Shown here piece by piece: positions 25,080 to 38,046 of a stretch of DNA of 64,000 nt. The stretch comes from Octopus vulgaris (lineage: Eukaryota). The notes under the pieces were generated by a model. That model made no database searches, was not told the DNA's origin, and was given only the letters and a program-made list of their open reading frames with translations. The stretch covers positions 157,418,001 through 157,482,000 of the forward strand of contig OX597815.1 of assembly GCA_951406725.2 (NCBI GenBank). Reading direction: 5' to 3'. Position numbers and translations under genes: made by a program. How positions within the stretch are numbered: the stretch's first letter is position 1; the number at the start of each line of letters is the position of its first letter.

Positions 25080-25337
25080 TGCAGCGTTGAAGGTGTTTAT
25101 AAGCCATTTAAGAAACACACAAAAACCGTTAGATTCACTTCAACATTTAAATTTAATTTGTCAAAATATTTTCGTCGCTTTGAGACCGCGACCTGTTAGC
25201 ACGATATTTTTGTCAGTGAACAGGTCGTGGTCTCAAAGCGACGAAAATATTTTGGCAAATTAAATTTAAATTTTGAAGTGAATGTAACGGTTTTTGTGTG
25301 TTTCTTAAATGGCTTACAAACACCTTCCACGCTGCAA
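25080..25337. repeat. Palindrome with arms of about 118 bp and a 21-bp spacer, part of a PLE-like pseudo-LTR (25015-25337) bounded by TA-rich runs
   Basis: 25080-25197 is the reverse complement of 25219-25337. Confidence 0.92.
25208..25259 (+). ncRNA. Hammerhead-like motif with swapped G3-C8 core
   Basis: ttttgtca-GTGAACA-g-gtcgt-ggtctcaaa-gcgac-GAAA-atat-TT-tggcaaa. Stem I, stem II and palindromic stem III (AATATT) are all in register. Confidence 0.7.
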
Positions 25338-25424
25338 TATATATATGCACACATATATATATATATGTATGTATGTATGTATGTGTGTATATGTGTATGC
25401 ATGTATGTGTGTGTGTGCGTGTCT

Positions 25425-25636
25425 GTGCTTGTGATTGTCCTCCACCACTGCTTGACAACGAATGTTGGTTTGTTTACATCCCTGTCACCTAGTGGTTTGA
25501 CAAAGGAAACAGATAGAATAAGTACAATACTTACAAAAATAAAACTGGAGTTGATTCATTAAACTACAATTTTTCAAGGCATTGCCCCAGCATGGCCACA
25601 GACCAATGGCTGGAAAAAGCAGAAGAATAAAAGAAT
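25425..25636 (+). mobile_element. SINE family A 3' half, diverged
   Basis: TGCTTGACAACG..GATAGAATAAGTAC..CCAGCATGGCCACAG. Confidence 0.75.
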
Positions 25637-25689
25637 ACATTCTCTGCTTTGGTCTTATGTTCAAGCCATGAGAAAGCTTGAGTTTACAT

Positions 25690-26076
25690 GAGAAGGCCTA
25701 ACAGACCTGGTAGAAACAGCAGCCAAATCTCCCTCAAATCACACCTTACTGTCTTATGTATGTATATATATATGAGCCAATGAGGGGGACCTCTACATGG
25801 TAGCTAGACCTGGTAGAAATAGCAGCCAAATTTCCCCCAAATCACACCTTACTGTCTTATCTATGTATATATGTATGTATGAGCCTATGAGGGAGACCCC
25901 TACATGGCAGCTAGACCTGGTAGAAATAGCAGCCAAATTTCCCCCAAATCACACCTTACTGTCTTATCTATGTATATATGTATGTATGAGCCTATGAGGG
26001 AGACCCCTACATGGCAGCTAGACATGTTAGAAATAGCAGCCAAATCTCCCTCAAATCACACCTTACTGTCTTATCT
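25690..26076. repeat. 107-bp tandem repeat, about 3.5 copies
   Basis: ATGGyAGCTAGAC at 25797, 25904 and about 26010. The unit contains GAAATAGCAGCCAAATyTCCCyCAAATCACACCTTACTGTCTTA plus a TATG tract. Confidence 0.95.
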
Positions 26077-26719
26077 TTCTGCTACTTCGATATAGGTGTT
26101 ATATTCGTCGTAAAAAACTTTCCTGTCACACACTCACGCACACGCACACGCACACACACACACGCACCCTCACACACACACACGCGCGCACACCCACACA
26201 CACCCACTCACACACACGCACGTTAGCTTACAATTTTATTTATATATTTGCGTGTCTATGTGTGGATTGAGGAAGTGGGAGGCAGAGTGAAAGAATCACT
26301 CACTACAGTAAGTCAATTACTTTCATTTTATTCGTTGCCCACTGTGTGTGTGCGTTTGCGTGTGCTGTAAACCAGACTAAGAAAAGCATTTGACACACAC
26401 ACCAGAATGTGAGTTTTCTGTAAATTTTGCTTAATTGGAGTTTAAATTTTAAAAACTGGACCTGGCATGACGCGATGCATTGTACTCTTAAAAATGCAAG
26501 GTAAATTGTAATTGAAGAAATCCTATATTGTAGATTTGTATAACTCCCAAAGGGAGGCAGATAAAATCTGCCTTTTATAATAAGAGATATGATATAATAT
26601 AATATAATATAATATGACATTATATTATATTATATTATATTATATTATATTACAGATAAATTCCTCTATTTACATAACATCGGGGTCTCATTCATTCTTT
26701 TGTTGTCATACTATTATTA

Positions 26720-26766
<47 letters not shown>

Positions 26767-26860
26767 TTTTTTAAACGCAGAAAAAGAAAAGACAAACACA
26801 CGTGAGGTCGTAGCACAAGCAATATATTAATACGACGTTCGGACAAAGCAAAGAGTAGTT

Positions 26861-26895
26861 GTTTTACGTTTCGAGCATATCTCTTCGTCGTAAAC
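26861..26895 (-). ncRNA. Degenerate minimal hammerhead motif
   Basis: gttt-ACGACGA-a-gagatatgctc-GAAA-cg-TA-aaac. Stems are present but C3 and U4 are mutated. Confidence 0.45.
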
Positions 26896-27039
26896 AGGAA
26901 AAACAGGAAAGTGCAAAGGGAAAGAAGGAAGGAGGAAAATTGCCAACAGTCCACGTGTGTATGTGAGAGAGAGATAGACAGGCAGAGAGACAGAAAAACA
27001 GAGAGACAGAGAGAGAAAGGTGAAAGCTGAGTAGTATCA

Positions 27040-27270
27040 AGTAGTGGTCAGCGTGTTTGGCTCATGCAATAAACTCGTGGGTTCGATTCGTGGACCATGC
27101 GCCGCATTGTGCCATTTAGCAAAGCACTTCATTTCACGTTGTTCTAGTCAATCCGGTCGAAATACATACCAGCTATGTACTGGTACAGCATCAATCTCTC
27201 TCTCCCTCCCCACCAGCCGTTCCATCCTCTTCCACTGCGTTCAGGGTGGGAGAGTTGACAGCGTGTCTAT
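27040..27270 (+). mobile_element. Old SINE family C copy
   Basis: GGGTTCGATTCG..AGCAAAGCACTTCATTTCACGTTG. Confidence 0.6.
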
Positions 27271-27371
27271 GTAAGCTTCGTAGACACCTAAAAAAATTAG
27301 TGAAAGTATAGCACGATGCGTGTGTCTGTGTGTGTATGTAAGTGTGTGTGTAAGTGTGTGTGTAAGTGTGT

Positions 27372-27419
<48 letters not shown>

Positions 27420-28620
27420 ACATCCACACACTTGTGTTTGTTTCAGCTCCCCATCTGTATTTGATACTGCTTAGTTTTGACATAATACTTCACTAGATAG
27501 TATCGCATGTAATTCTTGTTATTCGCATTCCTTAGTATTGGTCTAGTAATACTTAACACGTATATACATATGTATGTATGCGCGTTTGTGCGTGAGTGTA
27601 TGGGCGCGCGCGTTCGTGTGTATATGTGTGTATAAGTACGGGTGTGCGTCCGTGTACGAGCGAGTTTGAGCAAATGCGTATATGTGCGTGAGGGGCGAGG
27701 TATATTTGTGCTGGCGTACGCACGTGCGTGTATATATATATATGTAAGTGTGTAAATATGTATGTATAGGCGTAAATATATGTGTATATGTGTCACTGTG
27801 TATGTCCGCGCGTGTATGTGTATGTGTGAGCGTGTTTTACATTTTCAGACAAATTATGTTTTGCAGTAGTTAAGCTGTTTTTTTGATGGCATCAAAATAC
27901 CAAGGAACTAATATCGGTGCATTTCTTTCTTTTTTTTTTTTTGTTCCTCTGGTTAATGTGAATAGAGAGCTCTGTAAAGATGCATATATTAAGTTACATT
28001 TATAAATTTCTAACGCGAAGAATCGACTAGTTTTGCTAAGTTTGGTAACTAACAGTATTATAACCAGAACACTTCACGTGGTGTGTATAATCGCGTACGT
28101 GTGTTTGTGTACGCTATAATATGCGACTGTATTTGGCTGCTTGTTTGCGTGACTGATGGAACGTTGATGATATGAAACCACACTAGTTGAAAATGTGGAG
28201 GCGAGTTTACATTTGCTTTAATGAACCTATGAAACACAAGCTCGTTTTGAATAATATATTTTAGGAAAAACGAGATGGTGACTAGTAAAATCAGGCCATT
28301 TTTTTGTAAGCCCACGTAAAATATTTTAACCAACATGTGAATCGCTAAATTGATTCAACAGTCTGTCGCATATTTTGATGAATTTCTCAGCTAGGTGGAG
28401 TAAATAACGATAGATTTGTTGTCATTGTCGAAGCTCATTACCTTATATCGTAAAGTGAGAAAGTACAGAAATAATTAATACTGAAGCTAAAAAAGAAATG
28501 GGTTAGCATCTTTATCACTGAAGCTATAAAAATGGTTTGGCAGGTAGACACGGAAGAAACTAGACCTTGTATACACTATCTATTTATTTTTTTTAGTTTA
28601 TGAATGATGCAATCAGGTTT

Positions 28621-28745
28621 TATCTTACAGCTGTTTCGGGTAACCAATAGCTAGTGCGACATCCATGCATAGTATTCAATAGGATCCGATGATATGTACT
28701 TTTAGAGACCCATGATGCGAAGTCATGCTATCTTCATCAGAATAC
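28621..28745 (-). ncRNA. Hammerhead motif with a very long stem II region, degenerate
   Basis: tatt-CTGATGA-(about 95 nt)-GAAA-cagctg-TA-agata. Stem III is the same as at 29743. Confidence 0.45.
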
Positions 28746-28992
28746 TCTGGCCCTTACACCTACATTTTTTCTTTATCTGACTTTTCATTTACTTCAATAA
28801 CCACTCGGTAAAGTTCGTTCTTATAGCCGGCTTCCCACAACGGAGCTATCTGCACTGGATGAAGGAACTGGAGTGTTAAGATTCGGATTTATCTGAGCAG
28901 TATTTGGAGAGATTATCAATACCACGTTTGCTTTAGCATTTTCAACACTCTAGATATGTACACACAAACACACACACAAGCACACACACACA

Positions 28993-29097
<105 letters not shown>

Positions 29098-29165
29098 TGT
29101 ATGTATGTATGTATGTATGTATGAGCAGCTATATATATAGATATATATATATATATATATATAAC

Positions 29166-29296
29166 GGGAAGGTTTACGAAAATAAACAAAAGACGAAGGC
29201 AGGTGGAGTACCAACAAACAAATGTATTAGTATGGCGCTCAGGAATAGAAATAGAACAAGTCTTTACGTTTCGAGCCTACGCTCTTCGACAGAAAG
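29166..29296 (-). mobile_element. PLE pseudo-LTR fragment with a minimal HHR variant (29262-29296); second copy at 34838-34932
   Basis: cttt-CTGTCGA-a-gagc-gtag-gctc-GAAA-cg-TA-aag. Bounded by (TA)n on both sides. Confidence 0.65.
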
Positions 29297-29377
29297 ATAT
29301 ATATATATATATAATTAACAGACTGAGATTAAAAAATCCAAGGCTATGAAAGATTTCACAACATTTATAAAGAGAAG

Positions 29378-29425
29378 GTCTTACAGCTGTTTCCGGGATA
29401 TTTTATATATCCATCCATCAGAGAC
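29378..29425 (-). ncRNA. Type I hammerhead motif, left-arm copy (A9 mutated)
   Basis: gtct-CTGATGG-atggatat-ataaa-atatcccg-GAAA-cagctg-TA-agac. Confidence 0.7.
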
Positions 29426-29742
29426 GGTGCGAGAAAATGGTAAAGCAATAGTTATTATAGAGAAGATATGAAATACAGAGTGAAGAGAAGGGAGGAAAAC
29501 AGAAGTGAGACACGTAAGGATATTGTATCCGCAGTTCCATTATTTCAGCAAAGTGGTGTATATGTAAGTTTCCTGTACCTTGTGTGTGGGTTCCAATGTT
29601 GCTTATAATTGGTCATTCCAAGCAACGTTGGAACTGCGGATACAATATCCTAACGTATCTCAATTCTGTTTTCCTTCCTCCACTGCACTCTGTATTTCAT
29701 ATCTTCTCTATAATAATTATTGCTTAACCATTTTCTCGCACC

Positions 29743-29790
29743 GTCTCTGATGAAGGGATATATAAAATATCCCGGAAACAGCTGTAAGAC
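29743..29790 (+). ncRNA. Intact minimal type I hammerhead ribozyme
   Basis: gtct-CTGATGA-a-gggatat-ataaa-atatccc-g-GAAA-cagctg-TA-agac: perfect stems I and II, palindromic stem III, GUA cleavage triplet. Confidence 0.88.
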
Positions 29791-30003
29791 CTCTTTATAA
29801 ATATTGTGAATTCTTTCATAGCCTTGGATTTTTTATCTCATTCTGTTAATTTTTTATATATACGCATGCTGACATATGACCTACGTTGGCCTCCTCATTC
29901 GTATAATCATCGAACCTGGAGTTTAGCTATAGTCTGTCCAAAGCACTTACTCAGCATTACCTGACACCTTTGGGTCTTCTTGATGCCATTACCTCTCATT
30001 ACT

Positions 30004-30074
<71 letters not shown>

Positions 30075-30138
30075 AAAAATTGAAGCATGCATGGAAGTGG
30101 CTGCATGAAAGTAGTTCAATCAGAATGAAAGTATTCTA

Positions 30139-30520
30139 CTTGCTAACCAACCACATGGTTCCGGGTTCAGTAACCAACCACTGCGTGGCATCTTGGGCAA
30201 GTGTCTTCTGCTATAGCCCCGAGCCGACCAATGCCTTGTGAGTGGATTTGGTAGACGGAAACTGAAAGAAGCCTGTCATATATATGTATATATATGTATA
30301 TATGTGTATGTATGTGTGTGTGTTTGTCCCCCTAGCATTGCTTGACAACTGATGCTGGTGTGTTTACGTCCCCGTCACTAAGCGGTTCGGCAAAAGAGAC
30401 CGATAGAATAAGTACTGGGCTTACAAAAGAATAAGTCCCGGGGTCGAGTTGCTCGATTATAGGCGGTGCTCCAGCATGGCCGCAGTCAAATGACTGAAAC
30501 AAGTAAAAGAGTAAAAGAGA
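30139..30520 (+). mobile_element. Young SINE family A copy, 5'-clipped
   Basis: Near-identical to 31529-31945, with a small internal duplication of TAACCAACCAC. Confidence 0.95.
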
Positions 30521-30544
30521 GTATATATATATATATATATATAT

Positions 30545-30607
<63 letters not shown>

Positions 30608-30969
30608 TATGTATATACATATGTAGATACATGTATGTATATATATATAGACGTATGTACATATGCATACATGTATGTATGTATACATATATAAATATAT
30701 GGAAGATGAAGAGATATTCAGTAGTTCAATCGATGCGACAAATATTTCAGTAGCATGGTAATTTATTTATTTGCACACGATGAGTTTCATAATATGATGT
30801 GATATTACATAACCTTTCATTGTTTTGTATTTTGAATCACCAACCATTTTATCATGTGATATGAACTACTGGTAGACAAAATCTGTTTACGTATGTGTGT
30901 ATGTGTGTATACATTTATAGTCTTTGCCTATGCTCACTATTTCAAAAACAATGTCTATGAACGGAAAGA

Positions 30970-31145
30970 TAGACAGACAGACAGACGGGCAGGCATACAG
31001 ACAGACATATAGGAAGGCAGACAGGCAGGCAGACAGACAAACGGACAGACAGACAGACAAACAGGCAGAGAGACAGGTAGCTGACAGACAGACATGCAGA
31101 GTGGCAGGCAGGCAGGCAGACAGACAGACTGACAAACAGGCAGGC

Positions 31146-31230
<85 letters not shown>
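30970..31230. repeat. (GACA/GGCA)n grading into (GATA)n
   Basis: Directly visible. Confidence 0.95.
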
Positions 31231-31528
31231 TACTGACCACTGAAGGTTTGTTTGGAAATACGAAAAGATGGACCATTGTCAATCGAAAATCAAAATAGAA
31301 TTGTTTGCATTTAAAAATTTTTGTCATTATCGTGATTAATATTACCAAAATATGTAGTTGTAAATGTGTATCTTTGTAACATAACAGTTTATGTAATATA
31401 GATATCCGCATATACATACATATATACATATATATACATACATATCTATATATATACATGTATGTATGCATGTATGTATGTATGTATGTATGTATGTATG
31501 TATGTATGTATATATAGATATATGTATA

Positions 31529-31945
31529 CTCTTTTACTCTTTTACTTGTTTCAGTCATTTGACTGCGGCCATGCTGGAGCACCGCCTTTAGTCGAGCAAA
31601 TCGACCCCGGGACTTATTCTTTGTAAGCCCAGTACTTATTCTATCGGTCTCTTTTGCCGAACCGCTAAGTGACGGGGACGTAAACACACCAGCATCGGTT
31701 GTCAAGCAATGCTAGAGGGACAAACACACACACACAAACACACACACATACATACACATATATACATATATATACATATATATGACAGGCTTCTTTCAGT
31801 TTCCGTCTACCAAATCCACTCACAAGGCATTGGTCGGCTCGGGGCTATAGCAGAAGACACTTGCCCAAGATGCCACGCAGTGGGACTGAACCCGGAACCA
31901 TGTGGTTGGTTAGCAAGCTACTTACCACACAGCCACTCCTGCGCC
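31529..31945 (-). mobile_element. Full-length young SINE family A, antisense
   Basis: Complete reverse-complement copy. Confidence 0.95.
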
Positions 31946-33714
31946 TGATATTAGACGGACATGTATGCATATTCAAGGCTGAATACTTTATGAATACTTT
32001 AATATATGAATACTTTAATGTATGTATACATTGTTCTGTTTTTTCGCGTAAATATGAAGAACATATCACCTCATGCCACTCAGCTTTCGAGGTGTGTCTC
32101 TAAATTATTTGAGGCAAATCTGACTATCTTCTCTGACTTTTCTACGACTACTAAATGGACCCTGTTCGTCCTAGCTAGCTGCTGTCATGCTACTTCCCCT
32201 TATGCACTTCCCCCTTATTTATCCAGGTTTTACTCATGCTATATCCAACTCCCTTCCAGCTGCACAAACTCTACGCACAGCCCTACCGACCCAGAAAGTT
32301 TTCCCCTGGAAACTCCTCTTTGTTCCTGACTTTTCTGCAGGTTTCAGCTAGCAACGGTTTGTGCAGACTATTAAGGGCATCAATCTTCGGTGGTGGGTAT
32401 GAAGACCTAGAGCACTGTCCCTTCCTCTGGGTTCAATAAGCAAAAGAATAAATTAATATATGAATACTTTAATTTACATTACGAACGGTAAATGTGGCAT
32501 TTGTATTATGCCATCGGGTTTAACTCTAATATCTGCTTCTTGGGTATCACAAGTGATAAATCTAACGAGGAGCTTGGTTCAACTTCTCCACCAGAAGCAC
32601 CTTGTGTGGTTTATGAACACAGCGCCAAGTGAAACACCACTAACTCGTTTCCGAGTTCCCTGGGTAACACAGTGGCCTGTTTATCCCCACCACCAGGTCC
32701 TTGAGAGCCTTGAATATGCATACATGTCCGTCTAATATCACCATCGGGTGCTTGAGTGCCTCGAGTGGTTGGTGTAACACAGCATCCAATTTTCACCCAA
32801 CACACACACACATTATTCCCGAGTACCCGGTGGGGTAGACCTAACACAGTGCCTTGTTTAGCAATACCACCTGGTTCTTGGATTCTTGGGTGGTAGACCT
32901 AACACAGCGCTCTGTTTAAGACTAACACTTGGTCTTTGCTTATAATGTAGCTCCCTTTATTACATGCTTTCAGCTCAAAACCCTGGTTCTCTCACCACCA
33001 ACGCTTTCCTTACAGATGTTCAGGGTAGGCACCAGCTACATCAATATCACCAGCCTGTGACAGCCTACAGAGGTCATGGACAATTTCCTTCCCACTGACT
33101 AATTTATAAAAATTTTTTTGTTAAACAATTAAAATTATTAAACGTTAAATATTTTTTTAATATATCATTTCAAACACTACAACCTTAAATAAGATACTTT
33201 TATTATTACCGTCATATTATTTTCAGAAATCATAGACAATATTTTCTCCAACTCGAAAATATATTATTTTAGTATTTCATGTTCTATTTGTGTGTGCAGT
33301 TGAGGTTGACATATCGTTCAAGGATAACTCCAGTGTACTAAGATTTCAATGCATTAAAAACAGGTTGGTACAAATTTAATACTATGTACACACAGAATCA
33401 GTGGATTCACAGCAGTTGTAATAGCATATGTTTCTCTGTTTATCCAACTATCAATCTATATCTATCAATACGTACGCGTGTCTATGTACGTGTATGCGTG
33501 ATTATTATACATATGTTTCTGTGTTGTGTATATGTGTACGTGCTCGCGCACTTGAATATACATATATACACAATGGCAAATATATATACTACAGTCGTAA
33601 TTATGTATATGGATGCATGTAAGTGCGTATATTATAAACTGACAGATCTGGAACATCTCAATTTTTAAATTATAAAATATATATTATTGCCTAAGTAACT
33701 GGGTTCCCTTATCT

Positions 33715-33830
33715 CCTGTCGATAAAATAAGTACCAGTTACGCACTGGAGTCGATGCAATCGACTTAATCCCTTTGTCTGTCTTTGTTTGTCCCCTCTAT
33801 GTTTAGCACCTTGTGAGCAATAAAGAAATA
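33715..33830 (+). mobile_element. SINE family B 3' half
   Basis: GTCGATAAAATAAGTACCAGTTACGCACTGG..CCTTGTGAGCAATAAAGAAAT. Confidence 0.85.
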
Positions 33831-33925
33831 TATATATATAACTCTAATACGACCAGTACTACCACTACTACTAACGCTACTATTACTAATACTACTACTA
33901 CTACTACTACCACTACTACTACTAC

Positions 33926-33965
<40 letters not shown>

Positions 33966-33966
<1 letters not shown>

Positions 33967-34670
33967 CGAGCCAGTCTCTTAACAAGACTCTAAACATTAA
34001 CTCGTCCATAAACAGTACAGCATCTTCCTTCTCCACAACTAACTTACATAAGACAGGTATTTTCATCTGCCAGTCCGAGACCGAATGCCTACTGCAAGCC
34101 CCCTGCAGAAGGTTTAACATGGTATACAAATGCATTGTGCACTTCGACATGAACGCATCATTCAAAATACTGCCGAAATACTGCCTGGACTTACCTGGGA
34201 TTATACCTAAGGGCCTATACCTTCACGGAAGTATGGACCAACCTTCATACCCTCTGAAAAAAGATGAACTGTGAACTTTATTCTCCTGTCTGTATTCTAT
34301 CTACTTTTAATCTTTATTCTTCTATTTTATTCCTTATAAACTGTGAATTTCCTTTCCCTGTCTAGAACTTCCATACATACTCACCTTGTCTCTGATGACG
34401 GAATACCTATCACTAGGACATGTTAGCCTATCAATTGGGATATGCCAGACACAGGTGTAAGACTTCAAACTCACCTTACTCTAACTAAATTATTATAAAC
34501 GACTTGTGATACTCGTCCTGCCTTGGATTTTGTTGTCTTTTTCCTCTAATATATACCTACTAACACGGAAGCCTAATACGGATCCCTAGCTCCAGCCTCA
34601 GCTGTGAACTGGGAACCTAACGGATGAGCAATCAAAGCACTTACTCATGGTACCTCTTCGTTTAGAACAA
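33966..34670 (+). mobile_element. Internally deleted PLE 3' end: Cys linker and start of GIY-YIG, plus pseudo-LTR with a decayed HHR (34388-34463)
   Basis: ICQSETECLLQAPCRRFNMVYKCIV resembles the CxC..CPL.G.C...N.VYKC motif preceding the PLE endonuclease. HHR: gtct-CTGATGA-c-ggaatacc..gggatatgcc-a-GACA-caggtg-TA-agac. Confidence 0.65.
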
Positions 34671-34737
34671 AATCCCTCATATTCTATATGTGTGTGTATG
34701 TATGTATACATACATATGAATGTATATATATATATAT

Positions 34738-34841
<104 letters not shown>

Positions 34842-34977
34842 AAAGTTTACGAAAAAAACAAAAGACGAAGACAGATGGTGTACAAAACAAACAGATGTAT
34901 TAGTATAACGCTCAGGAATAGAAAAAGTCTTTTATATATGAATATACGCATATGAATATATTTATATATACACATGA

Positions 34978-35020
<43 letters not shown>

Positions 35021-35176
35021 GGTATATGTATACGTGTGTGTGTGCATATATGAATGTATATATGTGTGTATATATATATACGTATGCGTATGTATGTAGA
35101 TATGTATGCATGCATGTATGTATGCACATATGTATGTATACATGCATATTGAAAGCACGACTTTGCTCCAGTTTAA

Positions 35177-36281
35177 TCTGTATATATAAAAGGCAGGATG
35201 CGTGTGTGTGTACGTGAATGTAGTTTATGCACGTCCACATATTAGCACGCATGTCACTCCAATTTTAGGAGGATATTCGTCGTCACCACCCTATCTGGGT
35301 TTTGTCAACTTATTTTTTCCCGAGGTACCCGTCGATAGCGGTAAAAATCTATTTTCAACCATAACTTACTAATTTTGAAGTTTGCAAACATGAGTTAAGT
35401 CCCTTCTTTACAAAGCCAAGTGAAAGTGTGTGCGTGTGTGTGAGGGAGACGGAGAAGTTGTGTGTTGATGTATGTGTATGTGTGTGAGGGTGAGAGAGAA
35501 GATGTGTGTTGATGTGTGTGTGTGAGGGAGAGAGAAATTAAAGAAATAAGTATGTGTAAACGAGAGAGGGGGAGATTTTGACAGCGTCTAACAAAAAAGG
35601 TAAAGAAAAAGTGGGAGAGAGGGAGAGAATTTGACAGCGTTCATCAAAAATTAAAATGTAAAATGTTTTGTTTTTTTCTTAATCATGAGATATAGTCTTC
35701 AAACTTAGGATATTTTTGAAAGACTATATTTCATAATCAGATTATATATACTTCCTCACACAACAATTAAAATATATTTTAAATCATTTATTTATTTTAA
35801 ATCGTTCGTGTTTCTCCCCCTCACACACACACACACATTACTTTGGGTGCGAAAGAGTTTTGTTTTTATCTTACTCTGAGGAAAAAATGTTTTGTTGAGA
35901 ATCCATTTATTTAACAACAAAGAAACAAAGAGGTAAGTAACAATTTGTCAGTGAATTACACAATATAAATGGGTACAATTTTCGAGGCTTCGCCACATCA
36001 CACCCCGCTTTTCGGACCACAAAAAGGGTTTTGTAGCATATTAGGAGGCCAGAGTAGTTGATTCCACGCAAAAAATCCGATTTTTTTTCTTAGTGAAAAT
36101 CGTGCGAGTGTCAATCTACAAATTTACCAACATCTTTTCCATTCATTTCTGTTTATGAATATGTATGCGTGCAAAAAACATAAATGCAATAGGTGTATGT
36201 ACGTACGTGTGCATATATGTTATGTGTGTGTTACCCATATATATTTATATTATTTATATTATTATATTATATTATATTATA

Positions 36282-36333
<52 letters not shown>

Positions 36334-36453
36334 AATTTCAACAGATTCCGCCCAAATTTGACGTCGATGTTACTTAATTTGGTTTGAAATAAAGAACTTG
36401 ATTAGCTTAATAATCCTAACTTAATCCTGGGCAAAGCCGAGTTATACTGCTAG
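35177..36453 (+). mobile_element. Non-autonomous Helitron, about 1.28 kb
   Basis: Starts A|TCTGTATATATAAAAG and ends with a decayed hairpin CCTGGGCAAAGCCGAG followed by TTATACTGCTAG|T. Termini match 24520-24912. Confidence 0.75.
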
Positions 36454-36725
36454 TTTTTTATAAAGCGTTTTTTTTTTTTCATACCTTACCTCGTGAATAA
36501 CTTTTACCAGTCAAAATGTAGCATAACTGACAGGAAATTGAATCAGCGAATTTTTAAACTCTGTTCAGTGACGAGACAGTTGCCGTAGACCTCCACGTCT
36601 TTGTCTTTCACATTATTTTTGAAAATCATGAAATTGTGAAGCCGAATAACTTCGCATATATAGATATTTTTAAACTTCCAAGTGTATTTTCCGATACTTC
36701 TAATCGTATGAAAATGTCTTTTCCC

Positions 36726-37587
<862 letters not shown>

Positions 37588-38013
37588 GAGGGAGAAACAT
37601 CTTAAGAATTTAGAAACTCCGAGAAAACGTGAAATAATACGTTTTTAACGGTTTGGACTCAAAGTAAATATAACTACAAATATTGGTTTCAGATCTTTGC
37701 CACAAGGACTGCAATTTGGGAGGAGATGGATTAGTCAATTACGTTGAGCCCAGTGCTCAACCGGTAATTATTTTATCGAATGAAAGACAAAGTCGACCAC
37801 CGTGGTATTTGAACTCCGGGCGTAAAGACGGAAGAAATGCTACTAAACATTTTGTCCGACTCATTAACTATTCTGCCCGATTGCTGCCTTAGATAAGGCT
37901 ATAAATATTAGCGTGTAAATATTTGGTTAAAAACCCTTAGAATAGAAAAATAGGCTACGCCTAAGACGCGTATATACATCTATATGCATAGCAGTTCAAC
38001 CGTTAAAACATGC

Positions 38014-38046
<33 letters not shown>

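Larger units (their letters stand above)
29311..30007 (+). mobile_element. PLE pseudo-LTR with an inverted 5' copy (palindrome 29311-29851) inserted in (TA)n
   Basis: 29311-29539 is the reverse complement of 29629-29851, with an HHR in each arm. The right arm continues as an unpaired tail that shares GCCTTGGATTTT and AAGCACTTACTCA with 34520-34647. Confidence 0.88.

Noticed and set aside
25690-26076. Possible CRISPR-like array
   Set aside because: Whole units repeat with no unique spacers, the context is eukaryotic, and there are no cas genes.
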